The position numbers were made by a program, and so were the translations under genes. A DNA stretch of 64,000 bases, from assembly GCA_013239625.1 (NCBI GenBank), contig MU056303.1, positions 8,736,049 through 8,800,048 of the forward strand, given 5' to 3'. Origin of the DNA: Lama guanicoe. Taxonomy: Eukaryota. The notes below the pieces were generated by a model. That model did not search any database and was not told the DNA's origin. It was given only the letters and a program-made list of their open reading frames with translations. Each line of letters starts with the position of its first letter. The first letter of the stretch is position 1. Shown one piece after another: positions 1-11,414 of this stretch.

Positions 1-348
1 CACTCCCTGAGGAGCACAAACTTTAATTTATCAATGATTTAACTACTTAACAGAAGACAAAGTGACAAAGGAATTTAATTGGAAAATAAGTTTGAAGCTC
101 TTAAAACAATAAGGAGCATTATAGTGCAAAAAAACCAGTTTATGCATAACACATTACGTGTACATTTTTTAAAAGGTGAAACCATGTTATTCTAATTATA
201 TGTCAAATTTCCTAGGTTTCAAAATAATTTATAAAAACAAATAGCTCATATTCAGGATTTTTAAAACCTTACCCATATATTTAATATCTCACATAATAAA
301 GTTACGTAGAAGAGCATTTTAAAAAACACATTTATTTGATACAATTAC

Positions 349-420
349 CTCACTATTATCCAAGACCAAATAATATTCTATGTACTTCTTATGTTCCCGA
401 GACTTCCGGTCTTTGGATTT
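349..420 (-). CDS. ADAM28: ADAM28 exon 7 (72 nt; KSKDRKSREHKKYIEYYLVLDNSE, prodomain/metalloprotease boundary)
   Basis: Acceptor ttattacag|, donor GAG|gtaatt; reprolysin KYIEYYLVLD start. Confidence 0.95.
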
Positions 421-989
421 CTGTAATAAACATAAAAAGGAAAATTACTAAGACAATATCTTTCTCTGCAAGAGTCATTCTCTAATTTGAAACGTGTAAT
501 TTTGTTAAGAGCTGGTTGATACCTGGGAATCAAGGAAAACAACACTACCATTTAACTCTAAATAACCAGCTAGACTCATCTATAGACAAGACTCAGTGAT
601 GACAGAGGTAGAAGAGACACTAGTGAGAGTCGAGTCTGGCCCCTTCATTTTACCAAAGAGTTTAAAGGATTACGCAAATAATCAATAAGAGTGCTAAAAA
701 TAAAGCCAAAGTCTTCAGATCTTTTGAAGAGTGGGTTTTCTCCACTATTGTGCCGTGAAACAGACATGTTAACCTCCTAGGGTTTTGTTTTGTTTTGCTT
801 GCCTTTTACTCCTATCCCAGTGAAGACCCCCTCCTTTAACAATGATGCACAGCCCAGAACCACGACACCTAGTCTGTTTCTTTTCTTCTCAGAGCTGGAT
901 CTCTTTCCCACATTCCAAGCTTTCCTATTTTCAGTCTCTTTCTTTCCACAAAATAAAACAAAACCAAAATACATGTTTCATAGTGTATT

Positions 990-1443
990 TGTTACTGACC
1001 TGTGGTCTTGGACTCTTTAATTAATAGAAATTGGTAGGAGGCCAGAGGAGAAATTCAGGCAAGACTTTACTGGGACTCATGTTGCAGCAGGAGGGAGTGA
1101 AAATGAGCAACAGGTTCCCTTGCTTGCTCCCCGAGAGGGGGAGCTGGTCTCTTAAATAGGATAAGGGTAGGGATGGACCCATGGGTCAGGCTGGAGAGGT
1201 GGCTTAGGTGGTTGGCCCACCCCCTTCAAGGTTCCATGTGCAGGGATCATGCCCAGTACTCTGCTTCTGTTCCCAAACACCTCAGAAGTGGCAGTTGAAT
1301 TTTGGTCTTTTTGTATCTTATTGCTCACAATTTTCCCCAACAGGCATGCACACAGTCATTTTTAGTTCCTTATAGTTTCTTTGTATTCTGTTGCTCAAGG
1401 TGTAAGCACTGCAGCAAAGGGTCGCAGGTCCCAGCCTATTTCA
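990..1443 (-). mobile_element. ERV1-class solo LTR in intron 6, sense to ADAM28
   Basis: TG...CA termini, 4-bp near-TSD tatt/gatt; on the minus strand a TATTTAAG box near 1151-1158 and ATTAAA at 1016-1021. Confidence 0.75.
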
Positions 1444-2299
1444 GATTATCCCATTAAAAAGTATCAGATACATAATTTGTATCAAATAATAAAGCATCAA
1501 AGTTGATTATCTTGCATTTCTGGAAGTGTTTGGCTTTTAATAAGATTCCATTAACAAGAACCAATTACTAAAAGCAGACTTCTGGCTGTTGGCTAAATAC
1601 ACCCACCTTCCACGGGAGCAACATATTTATTAGCACTTACTGTGCACCAACAGTGCTCTGGGCACTAGGGGGAGGGGGTGAAATAGACATGGTCCCTGTG
1701 CTTCAGATGTTCACAGTGGATAAACAAACATGGGTCTATCAGGCGATAAGCAGTGCTATTCTAGGGATTAAATGCAGAGATGTGAAAATGAAGGCAGTGA
1801 TGACAGAGATTTTTGTATATACTTTACAGTTTCAAACACAAGGTACAGTCAATTTTCTTCTCTGACTGGAGGCTGAATTCCAGGTATGAAAGAATATTCT
1901 ATGTTCCTGTGGGCAAATCCTATATTGACTTTGCTCACTGCAAAGATCAGTTGAATGAATTCATTCATGAAGGCAGCAGAATATTTTATCTCAAAGCGAT
2001 AATAATAATTTACACCTGGGTGGTGTGCCATAGCATCGTGAAAGTTGTCTGCTTCTAGAGGGCCGTGTTATATCTGTGCATCTTTTTAACTCTTGCACAC
2101 GGTTGTTAATAATAGTTGATCCATACACACTTATTAAATAAATCATCAATGTGCAATAAGGTTTTCATGTCTCTGTAGTCTACTAGCTTGAACAATGACT
2201 GCAAAGTTTCAGTCAATTGTAGCTGCCAAGACTGGAACCCGGGGAAGACAGGACAGGATACATCAGAGCACTGCAGTTAAAAAATGCAAGTAGGCATAC

Positions 2300-2495
2300 A
2301 ACCAGAAAGGTGACAGGTGGGGCCCCATTCCGATCAACTCCATGTGTCCACAGCATGTCCTCCATCCCACAGGTGTGGCTATCAGTATTCTTTTCATTGG
2401 GATCATGCTTGAAGAGTGCGTGTTCCTGTTCGTCATGATTTGCAGGGCTTAAAGGTTCAATGAAGTACCTGTGACCTCCCTGACTGAAGAAACCC
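2300..2495 (-). CDS. ADAM28: ADAM28 exon 6 (196 nt; GFFSQG...YFIEPL...HTCG...TFLV, contains cysteine switch Cys172)
   Basis: Acceptor ttttcag|, donor GTT|gtatgc; lies within ORF 2213..2506. Confidence 0.96.
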
Positions 2496-2639
2496 CTGAA
2501 AAACACGGGAATCCAAGCTTCCTAAAAATATTCCCATTTTGAGCACTAAAAATTTATCGACGCCAAAAAGTTACCAATACCAAAGCACTCCAAGCTCGCA
2601 GGAGTAGAATGTAGTACAATATTAAAGCTGTACAGAACT

Positions 2640-3010
2640 TTAGAGATTACTGAAACTTATTTTCTCTATGAGGAAATTGGACCTGTTGAGGAGAAGTGAC
2701 TACTGCAGTCATTTAGCTAATCTGTCAGAACTGGCACTGGAATGGAAATTTCCTGACTCTCAGTCCAATGTCTTTCCAATTCCCCTGCCTTGCCTGCTCT
2801 AAAGGTACACTGACAATAAAAGAGAATTCAGAGACTTATAAATAAGGGTTAAAATTCTGGGTCTATCCCTTACTAGATGGGATACCGTGGGAAAATGACT
2901 TAAACTCACATAGCTTTAGTTCTCCCATCTGTAAAATGGAAATGATAATACCTGTTGTAAAGACTGAAGGAGATAATATGTAAAGCACATGATCAGTGGA
3001 TATTAGCAAT
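2640..3010. mobile_element. Two MIR fragments in opposite orientations
   Basis: atgaggaaattgg... (minus) and tctcccatctgtaaaatggaatgataataa (plus MIR core). Confidence 0.65.
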
Positions 3011-3069
3011 TTCTTCTCAACTCTCTCTGCTGAAGTCCTAAGAGTCATTTAACCATTACTTAGGGAGCA

Positions 3070-3810
3070 CCCATCATTCATTAGTCATTGCAGCAATAGC
3101 AGAAGGCAAAAGGAAAAGAGTCATGGTCTCTCCTCTCATGGAGCTTATATTCCAATAAGGAAGATAAATATATATATGACATATACGTAATATCTGTAAC
3201 TACAGCAGATAATTGCTAGCAAGAAAAAGTACAATACATATAACGGAGTCTGGACTAAGTGTACATGGAATTAGAAGACAAGAGTGGGTGTAGGGAGATT
3301 CGTTAGGTGATTTATTGTAATGGTCTGCATAAAGGGTCATGACAGTTTGGACAAGGATGTGGCAGGAGAGAGAGAATGTAGTGAACAATCTCAAGGAATA
3401 TTTAGAACGTATAATCAATAGGATTTACCAATGGATTGAAAGCGGGTATTTGCGAGGCAAGAAGTCGTCAAGAAACCTAGGTTTCTAGATGAGGCGACTG
3501 CTTGATTGACTATACCGTTTGCTGAGATAGGAAACACTGGAAAAATACCACCTTAGGGAGAATATCATTAATATGATTTGGAGTATATTAAGATTGAGAA
3601 TTCCTTAAGATATCCAGATATGAAGAGATGTGGAGATACAGAAGAGGAGATGAGATAATCAAGTCTGGGCATCAGAATTGATATCTTACTGGAGACAGAT
3701 ACATGGGGAGTCATAACACCCAGAAAGAAATGGATGTCACAGGCATGGATAGGACAAGCTAGAGAGAGAGTTTCAAGTGAAGAGAGAAGATAGAGAGGAG
3801 ATCCCCTTCC
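3070..3810 (-). mobile_element. L2 fragments
   Basis: ctctcatggagcttatattc; gaaacctaggtttctag...gagataggaaacactgg; gatatccag. Confidence 0.6.
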
Positions 3811-4089
3811 CTAAAGATTCTGACTGTAAAACTAGAACTCGAAAACCTGTATTTTGAAAACAAGCGAACAAACAAAAACAACTCTGCAAGCAATTCTGAT
3901 GTGTAATTGACAAACTGCTATGAAGAGAAGCTGTGTTAACTTCAAATTTCAAATTTTTCGAGCACTTAGGATTCATACTTAACTTTAGTATAATTCATTA
4001 TATTTGAGATTCTTCCAGTTATTAAAACACACACCCACACGTGTACACACCATCATCACGGGTATGTACAAACCATTATGAAGGCTTAC

Positions 4090-4166
4090 CTTAGACCCCT
4101 ACATGTGCTAATGCTAGCATCAGAGATGTTTTCATTAACGATGTGTCCTTGGTAGTAACAGTCATC
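4090..4166 (-). CDS. ADAM28: ADAM28 exon 5 (77 nt; DDCYYQGHIVNENISDASISTCRGL-R)
   Basis: Acceptor ttctttag|, donor AG|gtaagc; ADAM prodomain CYYQG...STCxGLRG motif. Confidence 0.97.
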
Positions 4167-5251
4167 CTAAAGAAAAGGAAAAAGGGTTTTACAAGGGAAA
4201 AGTGTGCGTATATTTTAGACTCGCTATTAAATTTGAATTTGAAATTTTAAAACAAGATCTTTTATGTTCTCAAATCATTTTATGCTAAACAGCAGTCAAT
4301 TTAGAGCTGTAAAAAATTTTAAGAAGCGTTTTGTGGTTAAAATCTTTAATATTTAGTTAATAATCCCCAACGCTTAGTGGACATATACTAAACGTTGTAA
4401 ATTTTGTTGTTGCAGGAAAAGGGTAACAGGGGTGAATGCAGTCTGGAAGAAACCAACTCAGAGATTTAAGTTTAAAACCTGAGCCCCTGAAACACCAGAC
4501 GTTCATTCTTTCCCGTGGCTAACTGCTCATTAAATTTTCCTAACGTGTATAAGCTCTTCCCAATGAATGGATCATCCAGATTGTGTTATTTCTTGATTTA
4601 TCCGAAGAGTTCCACCAGACTAACTGGATTAGTCTAATACCCCTGCCACCACTTGAAGTAAAATGCTCACTCTTAACACTTTTTCATGTGGATGTGCTTT
4701 CTACCTTGGGACAGATGAGGTATTGGCCCACGTGTCATTGCTATGGAAGAGAATGCTTGAAGGCCTTCCAACAGAAAATGGAGCTCAGAAAAGATGATGA
4801 TGATAGAACACCCCTCATACCACTTCATACTGTCTTCTTCTCTGAATAGGAGTCAAGAGTGAAAATGATTTAGGGAGAACATAGATTCTACAGTCCTACC
4901 AGCGAGGAAATAGTTCTGAGTTTGAGAGACTACACGATCTAGAACGTGACTGGCACTGAGGAAGAATAACAGATGCCTTCAAGTATTCACTTTTCTAATG
5001 AAAATAAGAAGCTCCTTCTGCCCTCTCTCCTAGAAGGAGTCCTTGAAGGCTGGAAAGGGGCACCACATTGTCAAGGAATGTGTTCTCGTCAGACTGTAAA
5101 GATGTTGGAGGATCTAGTAAGAAATGACTACTTCTGAAGAACACATCATTACTCTGCTACTTCACTTTCTCTAATTGTCTGGCAATGACACTGCCTCTGG
5201 GTGTGTGGGTCACACCCCAATAAACAATGAGTCTAGGATACTCTGTTTTAC

Positions 5252-5330
5252 CGTGATCTGCTGGCTCGTGGTGACCTCCTTTCCAGTGGAGTTATAATAT
5301 GTTTCCGTGTAGCCTGGTGCAAGGAGATCC
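5252..5330 (-). CDS. ADAM28: ADAM28 exon 4 (79 nt; [26 protein letters not shown])
   Basis: Acceptor tccccctcag|, donor ACG|gtaaaa; in frame. Confidence 0.96.
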
Positions 5331-5884
5331 CTGAGGGGGAAAGAAGAAAAGTCATGTTTACCTGTGCTAATTGCAAAGTCCAGTGATCAAAGTGAGGGCT
5401 TTCAGTGGGTGTGGAGGAAAGTTTTGCCTCCTGAGCTCAGTCTCCTAGCCCCTCAAGACAAATCCAAGCGTGAAGGGGCTGCTGAAACTGGAGAGCTGGG
5501 GGAGGGCAGGGACAAGCCTGAGTAGTGGAACGATGTCTACTGCCTCATCACACTTGGCATGCTTGTCTGAGGACAGATTTGGGGAAGAAACGGAACTGAG
5601 GGCAAAGTGGATAAAAATGACTGAAAAGAGCAGTGCTCCTCACCAGCTTAGGGTAAGTACATTTTCACTCAGTCCTTGTCAGTTACCAGCGGCTTGTTGA
5701 CAACTGCAGCCTGGGAAATGCACTGCAAATTGACTTGCATTTGGTAGTTGGGGCTCTGTCAGCATTTTCACTGTGCTTCTTAAAAGTTTTTCAATTACCC
5801 ACCAGCAAACAGGAATCTGAATATGTATGTATGTATGTATTTATTTATTTATTTGGAACTATCAGAAAAATGTTTTTAATTTTT

Positions 5885-6050
5885 GTTTTTTTAATTGAAG
5901 TATAGTTGATTTCAAATGTTTCAGGGATACAACAAAATGATTTAGTCTTATATATATGCATATATATTCTTTTTCAGATTCTTTTCCATTATAGGTTATT
6001 ACAAGATATTGAATATAGTTCCCTGTGCTATACAGTAGGTCCTTGTTGTT
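5885..6050 (-). mobile_element. L1 3' end fragment, intron 3
   Basis: Reverse complement of the same L1 3'UTR (gaatatagttccctgtgctatacagtagg); T-rich tail at left. Confidence 0.85.
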
Positions 6051-7162
6051 GTTTTTTTATAACAGATTTATTTTTTCCCTTTTTCAGTTTTATTATGTAG
6101 AATTATTACAGTTTGCACATACACATTATATTGCATGTAAATACATATATACAGCATACTTTTTTAAAAGAGGAAGGGCAAGGAGAAAAGGAAGTAAACT
6201 AGTATGATAAAATGTCTTCTCTATACTGGCCACTGAGTTAGACATGTTACGTAAATCATTTAGTCATTTCAACAATCCTACAAGATAAATATTAGTCTCC
6301 TTTTTTTTCAGATGAAATTAAACAGTTCCAGTGGCAAAGAATCACATCTAGGCCTGCCTGAATTCCAAGCCTGCATGATTTCACTTCCATTGTACTACAC
6401 TGCTTCCAAACTCTAGTCAGTTGTGACTTCTTGCAAAAGGTGACAGTCTGCTTGAGGGGAAAAATAATTTTGCTGTCCTGTATTGAACAATGTAGGGATT
6501 GAAAAGAAGTTTGAAAGCACAGAATTAGGGAAAACTACTTTTGAAACAGTCTGGATATAGGATGATCAAGATCTGGGTGAGAGCTGAGGCAGTGAAATTT
6601 GAAAAGGAATGCTGACTCTAGGTGAACTCAGTGAAGAGAATGACAATGTAATGTATAAGAAACACAGAGGCTTAGCGGATGGGTGGGTAGAAAGAGCACT
6701 GGTGTTGGAATCAGGAGCCCCCAGTTCTGGTCTGACCACTGACTTGTTTTTTTGACCCTACAGTTTATTTAACTTATACACGTTTTTTTTTTCTGATGAA
6801 AATAGTTGCAATTTGTTTTAATATCTAATCTTTCAGTGTTAGAATAACAAAACTGCAACAATGCATGGGAAGGATTTAAAAATCTATGTGCTATTTCATA
6901 AAAATTGATAAAATTTATATGTCTGCTTGCACCTCATGCATTGTGTTTTACAACCAGAACTAACAATACACTGTTCTGTTACTCAGCGTGTCTCTACCAC
7001 TTCAGTGGGAACACATACTCGCTGAGCCCCCTCGGGTCAGCTGAGAGTACAAGCGGACTAGCCAAGGTGCGCGAGCCGTGAACAGTAAAAGGCTGAATTA
7101 GCACACTTTCCACCTGCGCACCTGCTGTTGGGGAGGCTAATACTAGAAGTAAAGATACTTAC

Positions 7163-7239
7163 TTGTTTTTTTTCAAATAAAGCACTGCAATTTTTCCATT
7201 AACTGTCATTTCATACTTCAGTTCCGTTTCAAATTTGTC
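7163..7239 (-). CDS. ADAM28: ADAM28 exon 3 (77 nt; [26 protein letters not shown])
   Basis: Acceptor ttttttcag|, donor AA|gtaagt; prodomain sequence in frame. Confidence 0.96.
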
Positions 7240-7444
7240 CTGAAAAAAATGCACAAACATTTACTGGTAACTAAAAACACACACACCAATATGCTTGTGG
7301 CTGCAACCATCTGTTTAATCATTAGAAAGCAATGCCTGCTTTTCTTTGAACAGTAGTCTCTATAATTCCAAATGTCTGCTTCTGCGTCCTTTAACAAATA
7401 AAACACCTGCCAACTGAAGACGCAGATTATCTGAGACCTTTATA

Positions 7445-7790
7445 CCAATCCATCTACCCATCCATCCATCTACACATTCTACAAATACTATTTGAATGCT
7501 GGGTATACGCTAGACACTGTTTGGTTCTGGAAACAGACTTCGAAGCAGGAAAAATTGGTACCTACTGTCAGAAAGCTTGTAATCTTGTGGAAAGGCAGCC
7601 AATAAAAGTGAGTTATGTTATAGGGTAAGGGGTGTAAATACAGAAACAGGGTAGGATGTCTGACATCTTAAGGGCAGGAAAGGCTTTCCTGAGGCAGTAA
7701 CGTGTAAGCTGAGAATTAGCCGGGTGAAGTGGGAGGTGGGGATGCGCGTGGGGGTTAGTTATTTTAGAGGAAGGGATAGTATGCACACAG
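7445..7790 (-). mobile_element. L2 3' region
   Basis: catccatcc...aaatactatttgaatgc...agacactgtt...caggaaaggctttcctgagg. Confidence 0.6.
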
Positions 7791-9799
7791 ACCCAAAGAC
7801 CTGCAAGCCTCTCTCTGATGATCTCTGATCTGGAGATCTCAAGGCTAAGTGGAGGTCAGAATATGGGCAAAATAACAAGAATATGTAGCCCAAGGCAGGA
7901 CGAGATCCTCAGGAAGAAAACATAGTCTCAGGTGTTTAGAAAGAGAAAAATGTCACCTCAAGTAAGTCATGTGGAAAAGGAGAACTATTATAAGTTCAGA
8001 TTTATATGTACAGGAGGAGACAGAGAGGAGGAGACACGAGGATTTCAAAGAAGAGTGGTCAGGTACTGAATTCCGACTTAGTTCTATAAAACAGGGTTCG
8101 TTAACCATGGTTACAACGGTTAATACATGGCAATATCGACAAATTCACTGGGACATTGTTATTGTTATTAGTAAAGGGATCAACTATAGCGGACCGCACG
8201 TGACGAAGCACCACTTACTATGGACCGAATGCTGTTTCCTCAGCCGTATTTCACCTAGGGCCAAGCCTTTCCTGTCTCCTCCCTCTCCTGGCCGGAACAG
8301 GACCCGAGCTCATCGAGGGACAACTGAGTTAGAGTCATCAGGTCAGGATATTGTAGAGGGATTTTCCGTCTCCAAGGTCAGTTATTTTAGTCCAGATTTC
8401 CTTTAAATTACAAGTTATTAGTCATCTCTGGTGTCAAAAATCCAAAACTATAAATATCCTACACTGTGGGTCGAGATGAGGGGAGGCTGCTGTAATTCAG
8501 TTCCTTTTCATGAATAACAGGAGCTGGAAAAAAGCCTGAGGGTTGAAAACAAAAGTCATGGGGAATCACTATAACTACGTATCGTTCAGGTTTAAGAAAG
8601 GCCAGAGAGAATGAAAATATTCGGAGGGGACAAGATATGACCTTCTATATAGAAGCACCTTCCAGGTATCTGTTTCCTGTCAGCAATGAATTTTAGTGGA
8701 TTTTCATATAAAATACTATTTGGAGGTTGTTTCAGAAAAAACATCATTGTTTTGGGAGTGGAAGTTTCAGCCGACACTGGCATAGAGGTTATGAATGAAA
8801 GGAAACAGTGAGGAAAGAAACCAGAGTCTCTATGAAAAAGGGCCACCAGGGGACACTGTCACTGTGCTTTTCAAGCAGAAGTTCACGGTGGAGAGCAACG
8901 CCTGCTACTAGAATGTCTTACCTGTATTCTGTTTAGGGTCTGCACAGTGGGTTAGGAAAGAAAATAGGCACCTTGATTCAGAGAGCTTCCACTAGAAGGA
9001 AATGATCCGGAGCCCCCTGAGTAAGATTAGCTGGGCACAGGGATGTGTAAGTTAAAATTTCCTCCAGGAGAAACACCATGTGTGAGGTTTAGTGGGTGGA
9101 CTGGGAAGGCCACAGCCTGGATGGTTGTGGGATGGAAGCAGATCTGTAAAGTCAAGACGGTGCTGGTGAGCGCACAAAGGACACTCTGGAGAAGCCCAGG
9201 GAGTTTCCTGATCGTAACAGCACTGCTGTTGTCCACACAGGAATCCGAGGCCTCGGGAGCCTCTGGTGGATCCAACTAAGGCTTGAAATTGTTCCCAATA
9301 TAGGGGAGGCGCTGTGCTGCCAAATATCCCATTTTGTGGCACGGGCCAAAAGCAAGATGGTTTTGACCTCTAAAGAAGGGTGTGATCTAAAGGCTGAATC
9401 CTAGGAACAGTGACCACCTTTAGAATGTACGTTTCAACATCAGGGACCTTGATTAAGTATTTGTTGAATATACATCTATGCAGGTAGGTAGGGGATGTGT
9501 TTTAGTTATGCTCACTCACTCATTTGTCCTTTTGTTCACTTATTCATTTGCTCACTTATCCAACAAATACTTATTCATGTCTCCTTATGCTATGTATATA
9601 AAATACAATCAAGAATACAATCATGAATAAAACATTCAAGATTCTGCCTTGGCTTTCAGTGCCCTCCCAGAAAACTGTCCAAAGGATTCCTTCACTCCAG
9701 CTCAAATCTTAAGTAATGCAGCCAGGTGTGATGACGTCAGAAAGATAGGGCCATGCTTTTGGGACACCTGACAGGTGATGCTGGTGTCTCAGTTCTCTG

Positions 9800-9817
9800 G
9801 TCCAGCAGAGGGCACAG
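9800..9817 (+). promoter_or_regulatory. CTCF motif (forward) in ADAM28 intron 2
   Basis: CCAGCAGAGGGCAC at 9802-9815. Confidence 0.55.
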
Positions 9818-10974
9818 TTGTATAATAATGACAAGAGTCCTTCTCTTCACTGCCTTGAGAAGTGATTTATCCAGGCTGAGATCTGTGTAGATACAGAGGT
9901 CCCCCTCTGACACATGCTAAATGTTTCAAGCAATTGCTAATCAAGTATTTGCCCGAGGAAGACCAACAGTCTCAATGCAGAAACCACAAAGATAATTTTG
10001 AAGAACTTAGCTTCAGTCTCAAAATATTCAGTGAAAAAAGGGAGCTGGCAGTTTTAGGAGACTGCCAGAAAGCATCTGAAGAAAGCCATATTGATGGGGA
10101 ATCCAATGCATATGTGTCCTATATAAATTTAGTGGAAACATTTTGGTGAGAGACAGTTATTTTGGGAAACAGGGTTTACTATGGGTTCTGCTGTTACAAA
10201 TGGGTTTGCTTTAGAAGGAATACTCTGTGAAGAAATTTGTCCATTTGGGGAATATGAGCTTCCAGTGAATTTCACCTTACAAGAGATAGATGAAAAAGTT
10301 ATCATGTACGTCTCTTTTATTTGTACTTTCCTGGATTGCAGCAGAAGACTTCCAGGTGCAGGTAATTAGAAAACTGCTGTTGAGTGAATCACCGTGTTTT
10401 ACCTTTTCTCTCTTGACTGAGAATGTGCGTTTCATAAAGTGCTAAGAATTCTACAAACTTTAACAGTCGTCTCTTTAGAAAAGAGAGGTAAATTTTATGT
10501 TAAACTGTAGCAATTAATCCTAATTTAATATGCATATATGCATGTATTCAGCCACAATATTTTATTTTTTACTTCATTTTAGTGTTCACAGTTCTGTTTG
10601 TATGTGTGTATGGCTAGATGCTAGGTAGATAAAAGAATTTGTATCAGATTTCTTTGGAAGTAACAATAAATTATAAATTACTATAAAAACACTAAAATTT
10701 ACTCTCTGTGGGCCGTGGGCAGTTTATTTCAACTATCAGAACCTTAACTCAAAATAAAGCTTATAACAGAATGTTGGGTTATTGTGAAGATTAATAAAGG
10801 TAACCAAACACACACAAATGTGAGTGTGTATATATACAAAAATATGTATCTATATCTACATATTAAATATTGTTATATATGCATATCATATACATACATT
10901 TATGTATATGTGTATATGTGTGTATATATGTATATATTCAAAATTCTTTGTTAAATCAAAAGATTTGACTGTAC

Positions 10975-11078
10975 CTGTTTATCTGGCTCCTTGATCTCTC
11001 TTTTATACAGTGGAAGAAGTCTTCTGGGATAAACCACTTCATACTTTTTCACTCCAGGGAGTTCTTTTATAGGATTTA
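10975..11078 (-). CDS. ADAM28: ADAM28 exon 2 (104 nt; [35 protein letters not shown])
   Basis: Acceptor ttttctcag|, donor CAG|gtacag; typical ADAM YEVVYP motif; lies within ORF 10951..11139. Confidence 0.96.
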
Positions 11079-11214
11079 CTGAGAAAATTAACAAAAAAAA
11101 AAAAGAGAGCGAGAAGACTTGGCTAAGCAGAACTAACATAGGCTATTCAGTAATGGTCATCTTGATCGCACTTCTGATGAACGATGTCACACACAGGGGC
11201 TTCAACTGAGTTAT

Positions 11215-11414
11215 TTATTTTTATTGAAGTACAGTCAGTTTACAGTATGTCAATTTCTGGTCATCATTAAAAAGCNNNNNNNNNNNNNNNNNNNNNNNNN
11301 NNNNNNNNNNNNNNNNNNNNNNNNNNNNNNNNNNNNNNNNNNNNNNNNNNNNNNNNNNNNNNNNNNNNNNNNNNNNNNNNNNNNNNNNNNNNNNNNNNNN
11401 NNNNNNNNNNNNNN
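11215..11414 (-). mobile_element. Short L1 insertion with probable 5' inversion, mostly in an N run
   Basis: L1 extreme 3' end on minus at 11215-11261, then plus-strand L1 catcattaaaaag; TSD caactgagttat (11203-11214 / 11415-11426). Confidence 0.75.

Noticed and set aside
266-300. Possible ADAM28 exon 8 (minus-strand GG|gtaag donor near 272)
   Set aside because: The adjacent sequence does not encode the expected metalloprotease residues; exon 8 is presumably left of the window.
7722-7754. Four G-runs, possible G-quadruplex
   Set aside because: Long loops, inside a decayed L2; common by chance.
7969-8406. 145-aa ORF antisense in ADAM28 intron 2
   Set aside because: No recognisable homology or supporting gene signals; length is compatible with chance.
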